From assembly GCA_029060065.1 (NCBI GenBank), contig JAIDUT010000058.1:242-64241 (forward strand): 64,000 bases of DNA, in the 5' to 3' direction. The DNA comes from Clostridia bacterium (GTDB lineage: Bacteria > Bacillota > Clostridia > Christensenellales > UBA3700). Under the pieces are notes generated by a model. It was not told where the DNA came from. It made no database searches and saw only the letters and a program-made list of their open reading frames with translations. The translations under genes were made by a program, and so were the position numbers. This document shows positions 37,988 through 45,457 of this stretch, in pieces; the stretch's first letter is position 1; every line of letters starts with the position of its first letter.

Positions 37988-38856
37988 TGGGTTGGCGTAG
38001 TATAGTAGTCGACTCGCCCAGTAAGATAAGTTTTAAGAATAACTATCTTGTAGTCACCGGTAACGATAACAATATGATTCATATTTCCGAAATAGATATG
38101 CTAATGGTCTCGACTACCCAAGCCACTATGACTGCGCACGCTCTATGTGAACTTAATAAAGCAAAGATACGAATAGTGTTCTGCGATGAAAAGCGTAATC
38201 CGTACGGCGAAATTGTAGGATACTATGGCTGTCATAATACAAGCAAAAAGATAGCTATGCAACTAAAATGGGAGGAGCAAGGAAAAGAAAAGATATTTAC
38301 TCAAATTATACGGCAAAAGATTGTCAATCAAGCCACATTGCTTGCAAAAGTAGGTAAACACACCGAAAGTTTATTACTCAAAAATTACGCCAACGAACTG
38401 CTACAAGGTGACGTAACCAATCGCGAGGGCTTTGCCGCTAAGGTATACTTCAACGCTTTGTTTGGCAAAGACTTCTCTCGCCAAATATTTAGCGATACCA
38501 ACTCAGCGCTTGACTATGGATATACTATTCTACTATCAGCGATAAACCGCGCCGTAATCAACTGCGGTTGCATCACGCAACTTGGTCTCAAGCATAGCAA
38601 TGAGTATAACTTCTTCAACCTCTCTTGCGATATAATAGAACCGTTTAGAGTGGCGGTCGACGAATACGTGTATGAAAATGTCGGACGTGTACTCGACAAA
38701 GATTACAAATTCGAGCTTGTCGATTTGCTCAATAAACAAGTCGTATTAAACGGCGAAAATATTTCTCTAGTAATGGCAATAAAGCAAGTGACTAAGGAAG
38801 TGATAGACCATCTGAATTGCCAAGTGTACGAAGGAATCAAACTCTATGAGATATAG
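37987..38856 (+). CDS. cas1: CRISPR-associated endonuclease Cas1 (type II)
   Basis: At 289 aa it has MGWRSIVV...SKISFKNNYLVV, typical of II-A Cas1, plus NSALDYGYTIL and EPFR motifs. The TAATG overlap couples it to the cas9 stop. Confidence 0.95.
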   Translation: MGWRSIVVDSPSKISFKNNYLVVTGNDNNMIHISEIDMLMVSTTQATMTAHALCELNKAKIRIVFCDEKRNPYGEIVGYYGCHNTSKKIAMQLKWEEQGKEKIFTQIIRQKIVNQATLLAKVGKHTESLLLKNYANELLQGDVTNREGFAAKVYFNALFGKDFSRQIFSDTNSALDYGYTILLSAINRAVINCGCITQLGLKHSNEYNFFNLSCDIIEPFRVAVDEYVYENVGRVLDKDYKFELVDLLNKQVVLNGENISLVMAIKQVTKEVIDHLNCQVYEGIKLYEI

Positions 38857-39166
38857 ATATATGAGAATGTTGTTGTTTTTTGACTTACCTACCGATACTT
38901 TTAAGCAAAAACGGGATTATCGATTATTCCGTAAGGCGCTTATAAATGACGGCTTCTATATGCTACAAGAATCCGTCTACTGCAAAATGGTAATAAACAG
39001 GTCAAACGCCGATTTAACAAAAGCTCGAGTCAAAAAGATATGCCCCATCGAAGGCAACGTAATGTGGCTTTGCATAACTGAAAAACAGTTTGCATCAATA
39101 GAACTACTGTGCGGTAGTTTTGATTCAAAGGTTATATCTAGCGAGGATAGACTAATTATACTATGA
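38846..39166 (+). CDS. cas2: CRISPR-associated endoribonuclease Cas2
   Basis: MRYRYMRMLLFFDLPTDT closely parallels the S. pyogenes Cas2 N-terminus as I recall it. The length is 106 aa. It overlaps the cas1 end by 11 nt. Confidence 0.93.
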   Translation: MRYRYMRMLLFFDLPTDTFKQKRDYRLFRKALINDGFYMLQESVYCKMVINRSNADLTKARVKKICPIEGNVMWLCITEKQFASIELLCGSFDSKVISSEDRLIIL

Positions 39167-39840
39167 CGATACGACTGTTTTGCTCAGATTATCAATTAGA
39201 CATACTAGACGACGAAGTGGCTACTTTGGAAGTACTCAACCGAGACTGCTTTCGTAGAATAATCAATGAACTCAAGGGAACCGGTACGCAAGAAATAAGA
39301 GAAATCAATTTGTTCAATGATAATTCTTTTATAGATACAAAAGATATGACAATTATCTTTGACCCGTACGAAGTGGACGTCAATGATAAAACTTATCTTT
39401 CTAGACTCTACAAAGAAATTGAAAAACATTTCAAGCAATCTGATGACAATATATTTTCACTCAATGAACTGAGCGCATATATAAATTTGCACTTTCACAA
39501 CTTAATATTTGGATACCCATTAGAATTGACGATGAAAGATGAACTTGCATTAAAAGATTATTTGAAGTTTTTGGACGTTAAAGTAGCTGAGGAAGATCAA
39601 TCTTTACTAGATAGAATTATTCAGTTCATTAACGTAAACGGCGTAATTAAATTTACCAAAGTCATTGTATTCGTCAACTTAAAGTCTATGCTTACTCAAG
39701 TAGATATAGACAGCGTAATTCAATCTGCAATACGCACTCGCTGTCCTTTGCTCTTGCTTGAAAACGTATCAGACAATCGAGTTTTCCCAAGTGAGCGTAA
39801 ACTTATAGTTGACGAAGAGTTATTCACTGTAGTAAAATAA
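39163..39840 (+). CDS. csn2: Csn2 (type II-A signature adaptation protein, short ~220-aa form)
   Basis: At 225 aa it sits between cas2 and the array. The C-terminal half (VIVFVNLKSMLTQVDIDSV...PLLLLEN...LIVDEELF) parallels S. pyogenes Csn2. An ATGA overlap couples it to cas2. Confidence 0.85.
   Translation: MTIRLFCSDYQLDILDDEVATLEVLNRDCFRRIINELKGTGTQEIREINLFNDNSFIDTKDMTIIFDPYEVDVNDKTYLSRLYKEIEKHFKQSDDNIFSLNELSAYINLHFHNLIFGYPLELTMKDELALKDYLKFLDVKVAEEDQSLLDRIIQFINVNGVIKFTKVIVFVNLKSMLTQVDIDSVIQSAIRTRCPLLLLENVSDNRVFPSERKLIVDEELFTVVK
39809..39838 (+). promoter_or_regulatory. Candidate pre-crRNA promoter in the csn2 3' end
   Basis: TTGACG at 39809-39814, an 18-nt spacer, then TAAAAT at 39833-39838. 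The predicted transcription start is ~40 nt upstream of repeat 1. Confidence 0.45.
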
Positions 39841-39886
39841 AATTACGGATTAATAGACCTATTCCTTTTATTTTTATCAATTTGAG
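39841..39886 (+). promoter_or_regulatory. CRISPR leader (46 nt, AT-rich, ends ATTTGAG next to repeat 1)
   Basis: The sequence is AATTACGGATTAATAGACCTATTCCTTTTATTTTTATCAATTTGAG, immediately followed by GTTTTAG. Confidence 0.7.
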
Positions 39887-40447
39887 GTTTTAGTACTCTA
39901 GCAATTCGTACTATTAAACAACTTATGTTTGGTATAATTTCTCCACTAATTTGTTTTAGTACTCTAGCAATTCGTACTATTAAACAACGGGACAAAGGCA
40001 ACCACACCGCGGGCGACTGTTTTAGTACTCTAGCAATTCGTACTATTAAACAACTAAAAAAAAAGTATCGGAACAAGAGAAAAGGTTTTAGTACTCTAGC
40101 AATTCGTACTATTAAACAACTTAACATTTTGCGCATACGTGTGACGGTTGGTTTTAGTACTCTAGCAATTCGTACTATTAAACAACATCCGCATTTATAC
40201 TTGGACATTATAAAGTGTTTTAGTACTCTAGCAATTCGTACTATTAAACAACTCTTTATTATTTCTATATACTGCATCAATCGTTTTAGTACTCTAGCAA
40301 TTCGTACTATTAAACAACGCGTAACGTACAGAACAAACAACCGACTGTGTTTTAGTACTCTAGCAATTCGTACTATTAAACAACTGCCGTTATACGATTT
40401 TCTGAGTTTACTGTGTTTTAGTACTCTAGCAATTCGCTTTTCACAAC
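39887..40447 (+). CRISPR. CRISPR array: 8 identical 36-nt repeats plus 1 degenerate terminal repeat, and 8 unique 30-nt spacers
   Basis: The repeat GTTTTAGTACTCTAGCAATTCGTACTATTAAACAAC starts at 39887, 39953, 40019, 40085, 40151, 40217, 40283 and 40349 (period 66). In the terminal repeat (40415-40447) the first 22 nt are identical and the rest has diverged. Confidence 0.98.
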
Positions 40448-40879
40448 GCACTAAACCGTTTGGCGCTCAAACGCTCAAAATAAAATATGAGCCATTCGGT
40501 TAAAACTCTTAGCAGGGCAATACCGAAAGTAAGTAATCAGTCGTAATACTTTATTACATACAGTTTAACGCATTTTTTGAACAGTTTGCGAAGTTGGTTA
40601 AAAAAAGGCACTCAAGGAAATGACGGCAACGGAAGCGATATTGCGAACGATGCAGGAATTAGCGGATAACTGCGAAACGCTTGAAGAATTCCGCAAAGCC
40701 CTTGCAAAGATAATCAAACAAGGCATAAAAGAAACCGCCCACGCGTTGAGAGTCTAGACGGTTTGGGGGGTCGAGGGGCAACGCTTGTCGTCCCTCTGAC
40801 TTTTCTTTATTATACGGCAAGCAAATATAAAGTCAATAATTGGATGATATAAGATGAAAAGAAATGAACTAATGACCTC

Positions 40880-40908
40880 TTGAACTTTCAAGCAAGATTT
40901 GATAAAAT
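40880..40908 (+). promoter_or_regulatory. Candidate promoter for the small Cys-rich ORF
   Basis: TTGAAC, a 17-nt spacer, then TAAAAT. Confidence 0.4.
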
Positions 40909-40952
40909 GAGTAAAAGAAACATTGGAAACCAAACAAAGGAGATATAAAATT

Positions 40953-41078
40953 ATGAACTATTTTAATTGTAGTAGGTGTCCCTACTGTCAACCTACTAAA
41001 GACTATATGATGTGTTACTGCACTTATTGGAGCAAAATTGTTTATAGAACAGACGGTTGCGCAAGAGATGAAGATTAA
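40953..41078 (+). CDS. Candidate 41-aa Cys-rich small protein (MNYFNCSRCPYCQPTKDYMMCYCTYWSKIVYRTDGCARDED)
   Basis: An AAAGGAG RBS lies 8 nt upstream of the ATG, a promoter-like element is 45 nt upstream, and a bidirectional terminator is downstream. It is below the ORF-track length cutoff. 7 of the 41 residues are Cys. Confidence 0.4.
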   Translation: MNYFNCSRCPYCQPTKDYMMCYCTYWSKIVYRTDGCARDED

Positions 41079-41144
41079 AAAGTATTCTTTTATGTTTATA
41101 AAGTTACGCTTTAATTTATGTAACAAGAAAATAAATACCGAAAA

Positions 41145-41178
41145 AAGTGAAAGCCCCGAAAAATTTCGGGGCTTTTTG
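41145..41178. terminator. Bidirectional Rho-independent terminator (ends the rpsI operon and the plus-strand small ORF)
   Basis: The hairpin GCCCCGAAAAATTTCGGGGC is flanked by an A-run on the left and T5 on the right. Confidence 0.8.
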
Positions 41179-41192
41179 ATTGTTGATTTTGA

Positions 41193-41606
41193 TTATCTCT
41201 TTGAGAATTGCGGAGCTCTTCTTGCTTTCTTGAGACCGTATTTCTTTCTTTCTTTTGCTCTTGGATCTCTTGTCAAGAAACCTGCTTTTTTCAAAGCTGA
41301 CTTTGTTTCTTCATCTGCGAGAACCAATGCTCTTGAGATACCGTGTCTGATTGCGCCTGCTTGACCTGTGAAGCCACCGCCGTGTACGTTGACGATAACG
41401 TCATACTTTGCAGTGCTACCTGTCAATTCAAGCGGTTGACGAACGATAAGTTTAAGAGTGTCTAGACCGAAGTATTCGTCAATACTTCTCTTGTTGATGG
41501 TGATTGCGCCGTTGCCGTCAGGAATAAGTCTAACTCTAGCGATAGCTTTCTTTCTTCTTCCGGTTCCCCAGAACTGAACTTTTTTCTTAGTCTTCTTCGT
41601 AGCCAT
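41193..41606 (-). CDS. rpsI: 30S ribosomal protein S9
   Basis: [14 protein letters not shown] is present and the C-terminus is the canonical PQFSKR. Confidence 0.98.
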   Translation of the reverse strand: MATKKTKKKVQFWGTGRRKKAIARVRLIPDGNGAITINKRSIDEYFGLDTLKLIVRQPLELTGSTAKYDVIVNVHGGGFTGQAGAIRHGISRALVLADEETKSALKKAGFLTRDPRAKERKKYGLKKARRAPQFSKR

Positions 41607-41622
41607 TTGTCATTACTCCTTC

Positions 41623-42054
41623 TTAAAATTTCAAATCTTCGGGCTTTTGAGCCTGTTGGTTGTGCTCAGCGCCTGCGTAGCAACGCAATTTGGTGAGTTG
41701 CTTTCTTCCGAGCGAATTTTTGGGGAGCATTCCCTTTACGGCGAGCATAACTGCTCTTTCCGGCTTTTCTGCCATTAACTTCTTATATTGAATCTCTTTA
41801 AGACCGCCGATATATCCAGAGTGGTGGATATGCACCTTCTTCTCCAATTTCTTACCGGTCAATCTCACGTTGGCGCAGTTGACGATGATAACATGGTCAC
41901 CGCAATCTACGTTGGGCGTATAAATAGGCTTATTCTTACCTCTGAGAACGTTGGCAACGTTGCTTGCAAGTCTACCGAGTACCATATCGGTTGCGTCAAC
42001 GACGTACCATTTTTCCTTAACGTCTTCAGGTTTTGCCATATATGTCTTATTCAC
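41623..42054 (-). CDS. rplM: 50S ribosomal protein L13
   Basis: [17 protein letters not shown] and HHSGYIGG are L13 motifs. The GTG start has a GGAGGG RBS. Confidence 0.98.
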   Translation of the reverse strand: MNKTYMAKPEDVKEKWYVVDATDMVLGRLASNVANVLRGKNKPIYTPNVDCGDHVIIVNCANVRLTGKKLEKKVHIHHSGYIGGLKEIQYKKLMAEKPERAVMLAVKGMLPKNSLGRKQLTKLRCYAGAEHNQQAQKPEDLKF

Positions 42055-42223
42055 GGATAAAACCCTCCATTGTATTTGTAATAATATTGTTAGGTTGTCA
42101 CGTATCAGAGGGGCTAGTTCTTCAACATAACTTCTTTACCAAGTAATTTTAATAAAAAACTAAATAAATGTCAAATAATTTTCAAAGATTTTTTATATTT
42201 TCTTAAAAAATTACGTTATAAGC

Positions 42224-43243
42224 CTACCAAATAAAATCTTTAGCCACTATCCAAGCAAAATACCCCGCGTACATAACAAGCATAGTGATACCTCCGGCGC
42301 GCTTGAGCTTTTTGTCCTTGGTGAGCAAGATACAAAGGAAAAGCACTATACCAACGACTATAGACATGATATTGTCTATCATAAAGCCCGTTATCCAATT
42401 CGTGTCATAGGCTATTGTCGAAATAAGCGACGACGTCCCGAGAACAAACAGAATATTGAATATATTACTTCCTACAATATTGCCGATTGCCAAGTCTGCT
42501 TCGCCTTTTTTTGCCGCAGTCATAGACGTGACAAGTTCCGGCAACGACGTACCGAACGCAACAATCGTCAAACCTATTAGGCTCTCAGACATACCAAATC
42601 CTGAGGCTATTGTCTGAGCTCCTTTGACTATGGCTTGCGAACCAAGAATTACGAGCGCGATACCCACGGCAAGTTTGCCTAGCATCTTTGCAATCTCAAT
42701 ACTTTTCTTTTGAGGTTTTTCTTCCTCTTGATCTACCTCTTTCTCACTCTCTTGCAAATCTGCAATAGCCGACTTATCTTTCTTGGAAAGAATAATGAGA
42801 TATACGAAAAACGCTATAAAGAACAACCACAAAATCAAGCCGTCTATCCAGCTCAACTGCTTGCCTACTACGCCCAATATCATAAGAACAGAAGAAATAA
42901 CTATTACGAAAGGGATCTCTATATAAAGCGTACTTTTCTTCACTGCAAGCGGTGTAAACAGCGCGCATAGACCTAAAATCAGAAATATATTCATTACGTT
43001 GGAGCCAAGCACGTTGCCAATGGCAAGTCCCGCGCTACCCTTGATCGCCGACGTAATACTTATCGCCGCTTCGGGGGCGCTCGTACCGAACGCAACTATT
43101 GTCAAACCTATTACAATTTGAGGTATGCCGAATTTTTTGGCAATCATTGACGCGCCGTCAACAAACCAATCGGCGCCCTTGATGAGCATGAAAAATCCCA
43201 CTATCAACAATGACGTTTGCGCCGCAATACTCCAAAAATCCAT
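42224..43243 (-). CDS. Calcium/sodium antiporter (CaCA/YrbG family)
   Basis: It has two alpha-repeat motifs, GLTIVAFGTSAPE and GLTIVAFGTSLPE. Confidence 0.9.
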   Translation of the reverse strand: MDFWSIAAQTSLLIVGFFMLIKGADWFVDGASMIAKKFGIPQIVIGLTIVAFGTSAPEAAISITSAIKGSAGLAIGNVLGSNVMNIFLILGLCALFTPLAVKKSTLYIEIPFVIVISSVLMILGVVGKQLSWIDGLILWLFFIAFFVYLIILSKKDKSAIADLQESEKEVDQEEEKPQKKSIEIAKMLGKLAVGIALVILGSQAIVKGAQTIASGFGMSESLIGLTIVAFGTSLPELVTSMTAAKKGEADLAIGNIVGSNIFNILFVLGTSSLISTIAYDTNWITGFMIDNIMSIVVGIVLFLCILLTKDKKLKRAGGITMLVMYAGYFAWIVAKDFIW

Positions 43244-43533
43244 ATATACCTCCCATACGTCTTTTACCCTATCATATTTATTATATTATAAAAAACAAAA
43301 TTTTAAGATGTATTTTTTTGTAATTTCTACCTGTATTTTGTAGATTCTACACGATATAATCATGGCTTTTAAGCCTTATTGTTCTCTGCAAAAAGTTAAA
43401 AATAATACCCGATTTATCTATATTTTTCTCTTTATAATATATTAATTAGACTATACAAAATCATTAATAACTTGTTTTTTGCATCCAACTATGATATGAT
43501 GACTCTGCGATAAACAGTAATTTAGAGGACTAA

Positions 43534-43989
43534 ATGATTATCAGAGAATATGAGCCAGCAGACTGTGAACACTTAACTAAACTGTTCTATGGAACAGTTC
43601 ATACTATAAATGCCAAAGATTATTCGCACGAGCAGTTAAATGTTTGGGCTACTAACAAAATAGATTTAGAAGTGTGGAACAAATCACTTTCCGAGCATTA
43701 TACTGTTGTTGCCGTTGAAAATAATATAATAGTTGGTTTTGGCGATATTGATAAATCGGGTTATCTTGATAGGTTATATGTACACAAAGACTATCAGCGT
43801 CAAGGCATTGCAACGGCAATCTGCGATAAATTAGAACAAGCAGTTAAAGTAAATAAAATAATTACTCACGCTTCTATAACAGCTAAACCTTTTTTTGAAC
43901 AACGAAGTTTTAAGGTTGTCAAAGAGCAACAAGTTGAAAGAAATGGAATTGCCTTGACTAATTATGTAATGGAAAAACAAATACGATAA
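43534..43989 (+). CDS. GNAT-family N-acetyltransferase
   Basis: The acetyl-CoA motif is LYVHKDYQRQGIATAI. The length is 151 aa. Confidence 0.85.
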   Translation: MIIREYEPADCEHLTKLFYGTVHTINAKDYSHEQLNVWATNKIDLEVWNKSLSEHYTVVAVENNIIVGFGDIDKSGYLDRLYVHKDYQRQGIATAICDKLEQAVKVNKIITHASITAKPFFEQRSFKVVKEQQVERNGIALTNYVMEKQIR

Positions 43990-44106
43990 ATTTCAATTTA
44001 TTTTACTTCGTTAAGTTAGTTAAAAGCTCTCGGACAAACTATCCGAGAGCTTTTCGATATTTTTAATTAAGTTTAGACCTCTTCTCTACGCTTGAGGTGA
44101 CAAATA

Positions 44107-44643
44107 TTACTTGAAATACTTCTCGTAAAGTCCCTTAAAACCGCAACCGTGTCTAGCCTCGTCCTTAGCCATTTCGTGAACGGTGTCGTGTACGTCGTCG
44201 TAGCCGAGCTTCTTTGCAAGTTTAGCAAGCTCCAGCTTACCTGCGCAAGCGCCGTTCTCTGCTTCCATACGCATCTTAACGTTTTTAGCCGTGCTGTTCG
44301 TCAATACGTCGCCGAGAAGTTCGGCAAACTTAGAAGCGTGTTCAGCTTCTTCAAAAGCATATCTCTTGAAAGCCTCGGCAACGTCCGGATATCCCTCTCT
44401 GTCAGCTTGTCTGGACATTGCAAGGTACATACCGACTTCTGCGCACTCGCCGTTAAAGTTATCGACAAGTCCTTTGATTACCTCTTTGTCATAGCCCTTT
44501 GCGCTACCGACTATGTGCTCGCAAGCCCAAGCCAATTCGCCTTCTACCTCTTTGAAAGTCTTTGCTCCGCAGACGGGGCATTTTTCAGGAGCGTTATCTC
44601 CCTCGTGAACGTGACCGCACACTGTGCATACGTATTTTGCCAT
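44107..44643 (-). CDS. rbr: Reverse rubrerythrin (N-terminal rubredoxin-like domain plus ferritin-like diiron domain)
   Basis: The N-terminus has CTVCGHV...CPVCG. The diiron ligands are in E..EV..Y...ADREG and EEAEHASKF / EARH. Confidence 0.88.
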   Translation of the reverse strand: MAKYVCTVCGHVHEGDNAPEKCPVCGAKTFKEVEGELAWACEHIVGSAKGYDKEVIKGLVDNFNGECAEVGMYLAMSRQADREGYPDVAEAFKRYAFEEAEHASKFAELLGDVLTNSTAKNVKMRMEAENGACAGKLELAKLAKKLGYDDVHDTVHEMAKDEARHGCGFKGLYEKYFK

Positions 44644-44703
44644 AATAAATTACCTCCGTATAATATATGTTTACTTATTTTTACGGCATAAGCCGTGAAT
44701 AGC

Positions 44704-45081
44704 TCATTTATCTTTACAGTCTTCGCAAGTATTATAAAAACTCAAAGCATATCTTGACAACTCCAAACCGTCGCAACACTCGTCAAGTATGCCTTTCAAT
44801 TTTTGCGGATACGGCATATCGATAATCTTTCCGCACTTGTCGCATATAACGTGACAATGCGTGTCAAGTTCTACGTCATATCTCTCCTTTTCGCCAGCGC
44901 CTATTACTCTGCCAAGCGCACCTTGTTTCTCAAGATAAGCCAAATTGCGATATACTGTCGCAAGAGATATGTTGGGGATAGTCTTGCGACATTCCTCATA
45001 TATCATATCCGCAGAAGGATGACACCTCATGTTTTGTATTACCTCAAGCACTGCTTGTCGGCGCGAAGAAAAGTTTGCCAT
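44704..45081 (-). CDS. Fur-family transcriptional regulator (PerR-like by context)
   Basis: It has a winged helix (SLATVYRNLAYL), HCHVICDKCGK and a C-terminal CEDC, and it lies upstream of rubrerythrin. Confidence 0.85.
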   Translation of the reverse strand: MANFSSRRQAVLEVIQNMRCHPSADMIYEECRKTIPNISLATVYRNLAYLEKQGALGRVIGAGEKERYDVELDTHCHVICDKCGKIIDMPYPQKLKGILDECCDGLELSRYALSFYNTCEDCKDK

Positions 45082-45131
45082 TTGCAGTTTTTATATTATC
45101 ACTAAAATATAATTCTGTCAATAAAAATAAT

Positions 45132-45144
45132 AATGATTATCATT
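45132..45144. promoter_or_regulatory. Fur/PerR-box-like palindrome upstream of the Fur-family gene
   Basis: AATGATTATCATT is a 6-1-6 perfect palindrome containing GATTATC-type hexamers, about 50 nt upstream of the start. Confidence 0.5.
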
Positions 45145-45247
45145 TTTATTTTTAATAATTTATTAAATCAATATGATAATAGCAAATACCCGCAGTGATA
45201 TCACCACGGGTATTTGCTAAAAGTAAACATATATGGAGGTAATTCTT

Positions 45248-45457
45248 TTACTTTAATTTGCTATCTTGTTTTTTATAAGCCGATGGACATACTCCGCAAC
45301 CTGAACACTTTCCGCAATCGCAACCGCAACCGCATTTTCCGTGCTTTTTTGCCCATATCTTATAAGCTATATATCCGCCGAAACCGCCCACCAATATCAC
45401 TGCCACAACTATACCTACGACAATTTCCGCAACACCTGCGCACAGTAAGCTAAGCAT
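45248..45457 (-). CDS. FeoB-associated Cys-rich membrane protein
   Basis: MLSLLCAGVAEIVVGIVVAVILV is a TM helix, followed by KCGCGCDCGKCSGCGVC. It lies immediately after feoB with an 8-nt overlap. The start is placed at the internal ATG at 45457. Confidence 0.8.
   Translation of the reverse strand: MLSLLCAGVAEIVVGIVVAVILVGGFGGYIAYKIWAKKHGKCGCGCDCGKCSGCGVCPSAYKKQDSKLK

Noticed and set aside
39843-40503. Two long ORFs in the track (39843-40451 minus, 202 aa; 39925-40503 plus, 192 aa) with internally repetitive peptides (CLIVRIARVLK / FSTLAIRTIKQ).
   Set aside because: They are translations of the CRISPR repeats themselves. The periodicity is 66 nt, which is 22 codons, so the repeat stays in frame. 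They are not genes.
40498-40535. GGTTAAAACTCTTAGCAGGGCAATACC, which resembles the repeat core ACTCTAGCA. I considered it as a tenth, decayed repeat or a second anti-repeat.
   Set aside because: Only about 9 nt match. Its spacing from the last repeat does not fit the 66-nt period, and it is not complementary to the repeat. I treat it as chance or as too decayed to call.
40953-41078. The Cys-rich 41-aa peptide, considered as a SCIFF-type or other RiPP precursor.
   Set aside because: There is no adjacent radical-SAM or other maturase gene, and the Cys spacing does not resemble the SCIFF C-terminal pattern I remember. I kept it only as a generic small-protein candidate.
40869-41364. An 85-aa minus ORF (40869-41126) and a 108-aa plus ORF (41038-41364).
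   Set aside because: Neither has an RBS. The plus ORF runs through a terminator and antisense into rpsI. The minus ORF overlaps the better-signalled small plus-strand ORF.
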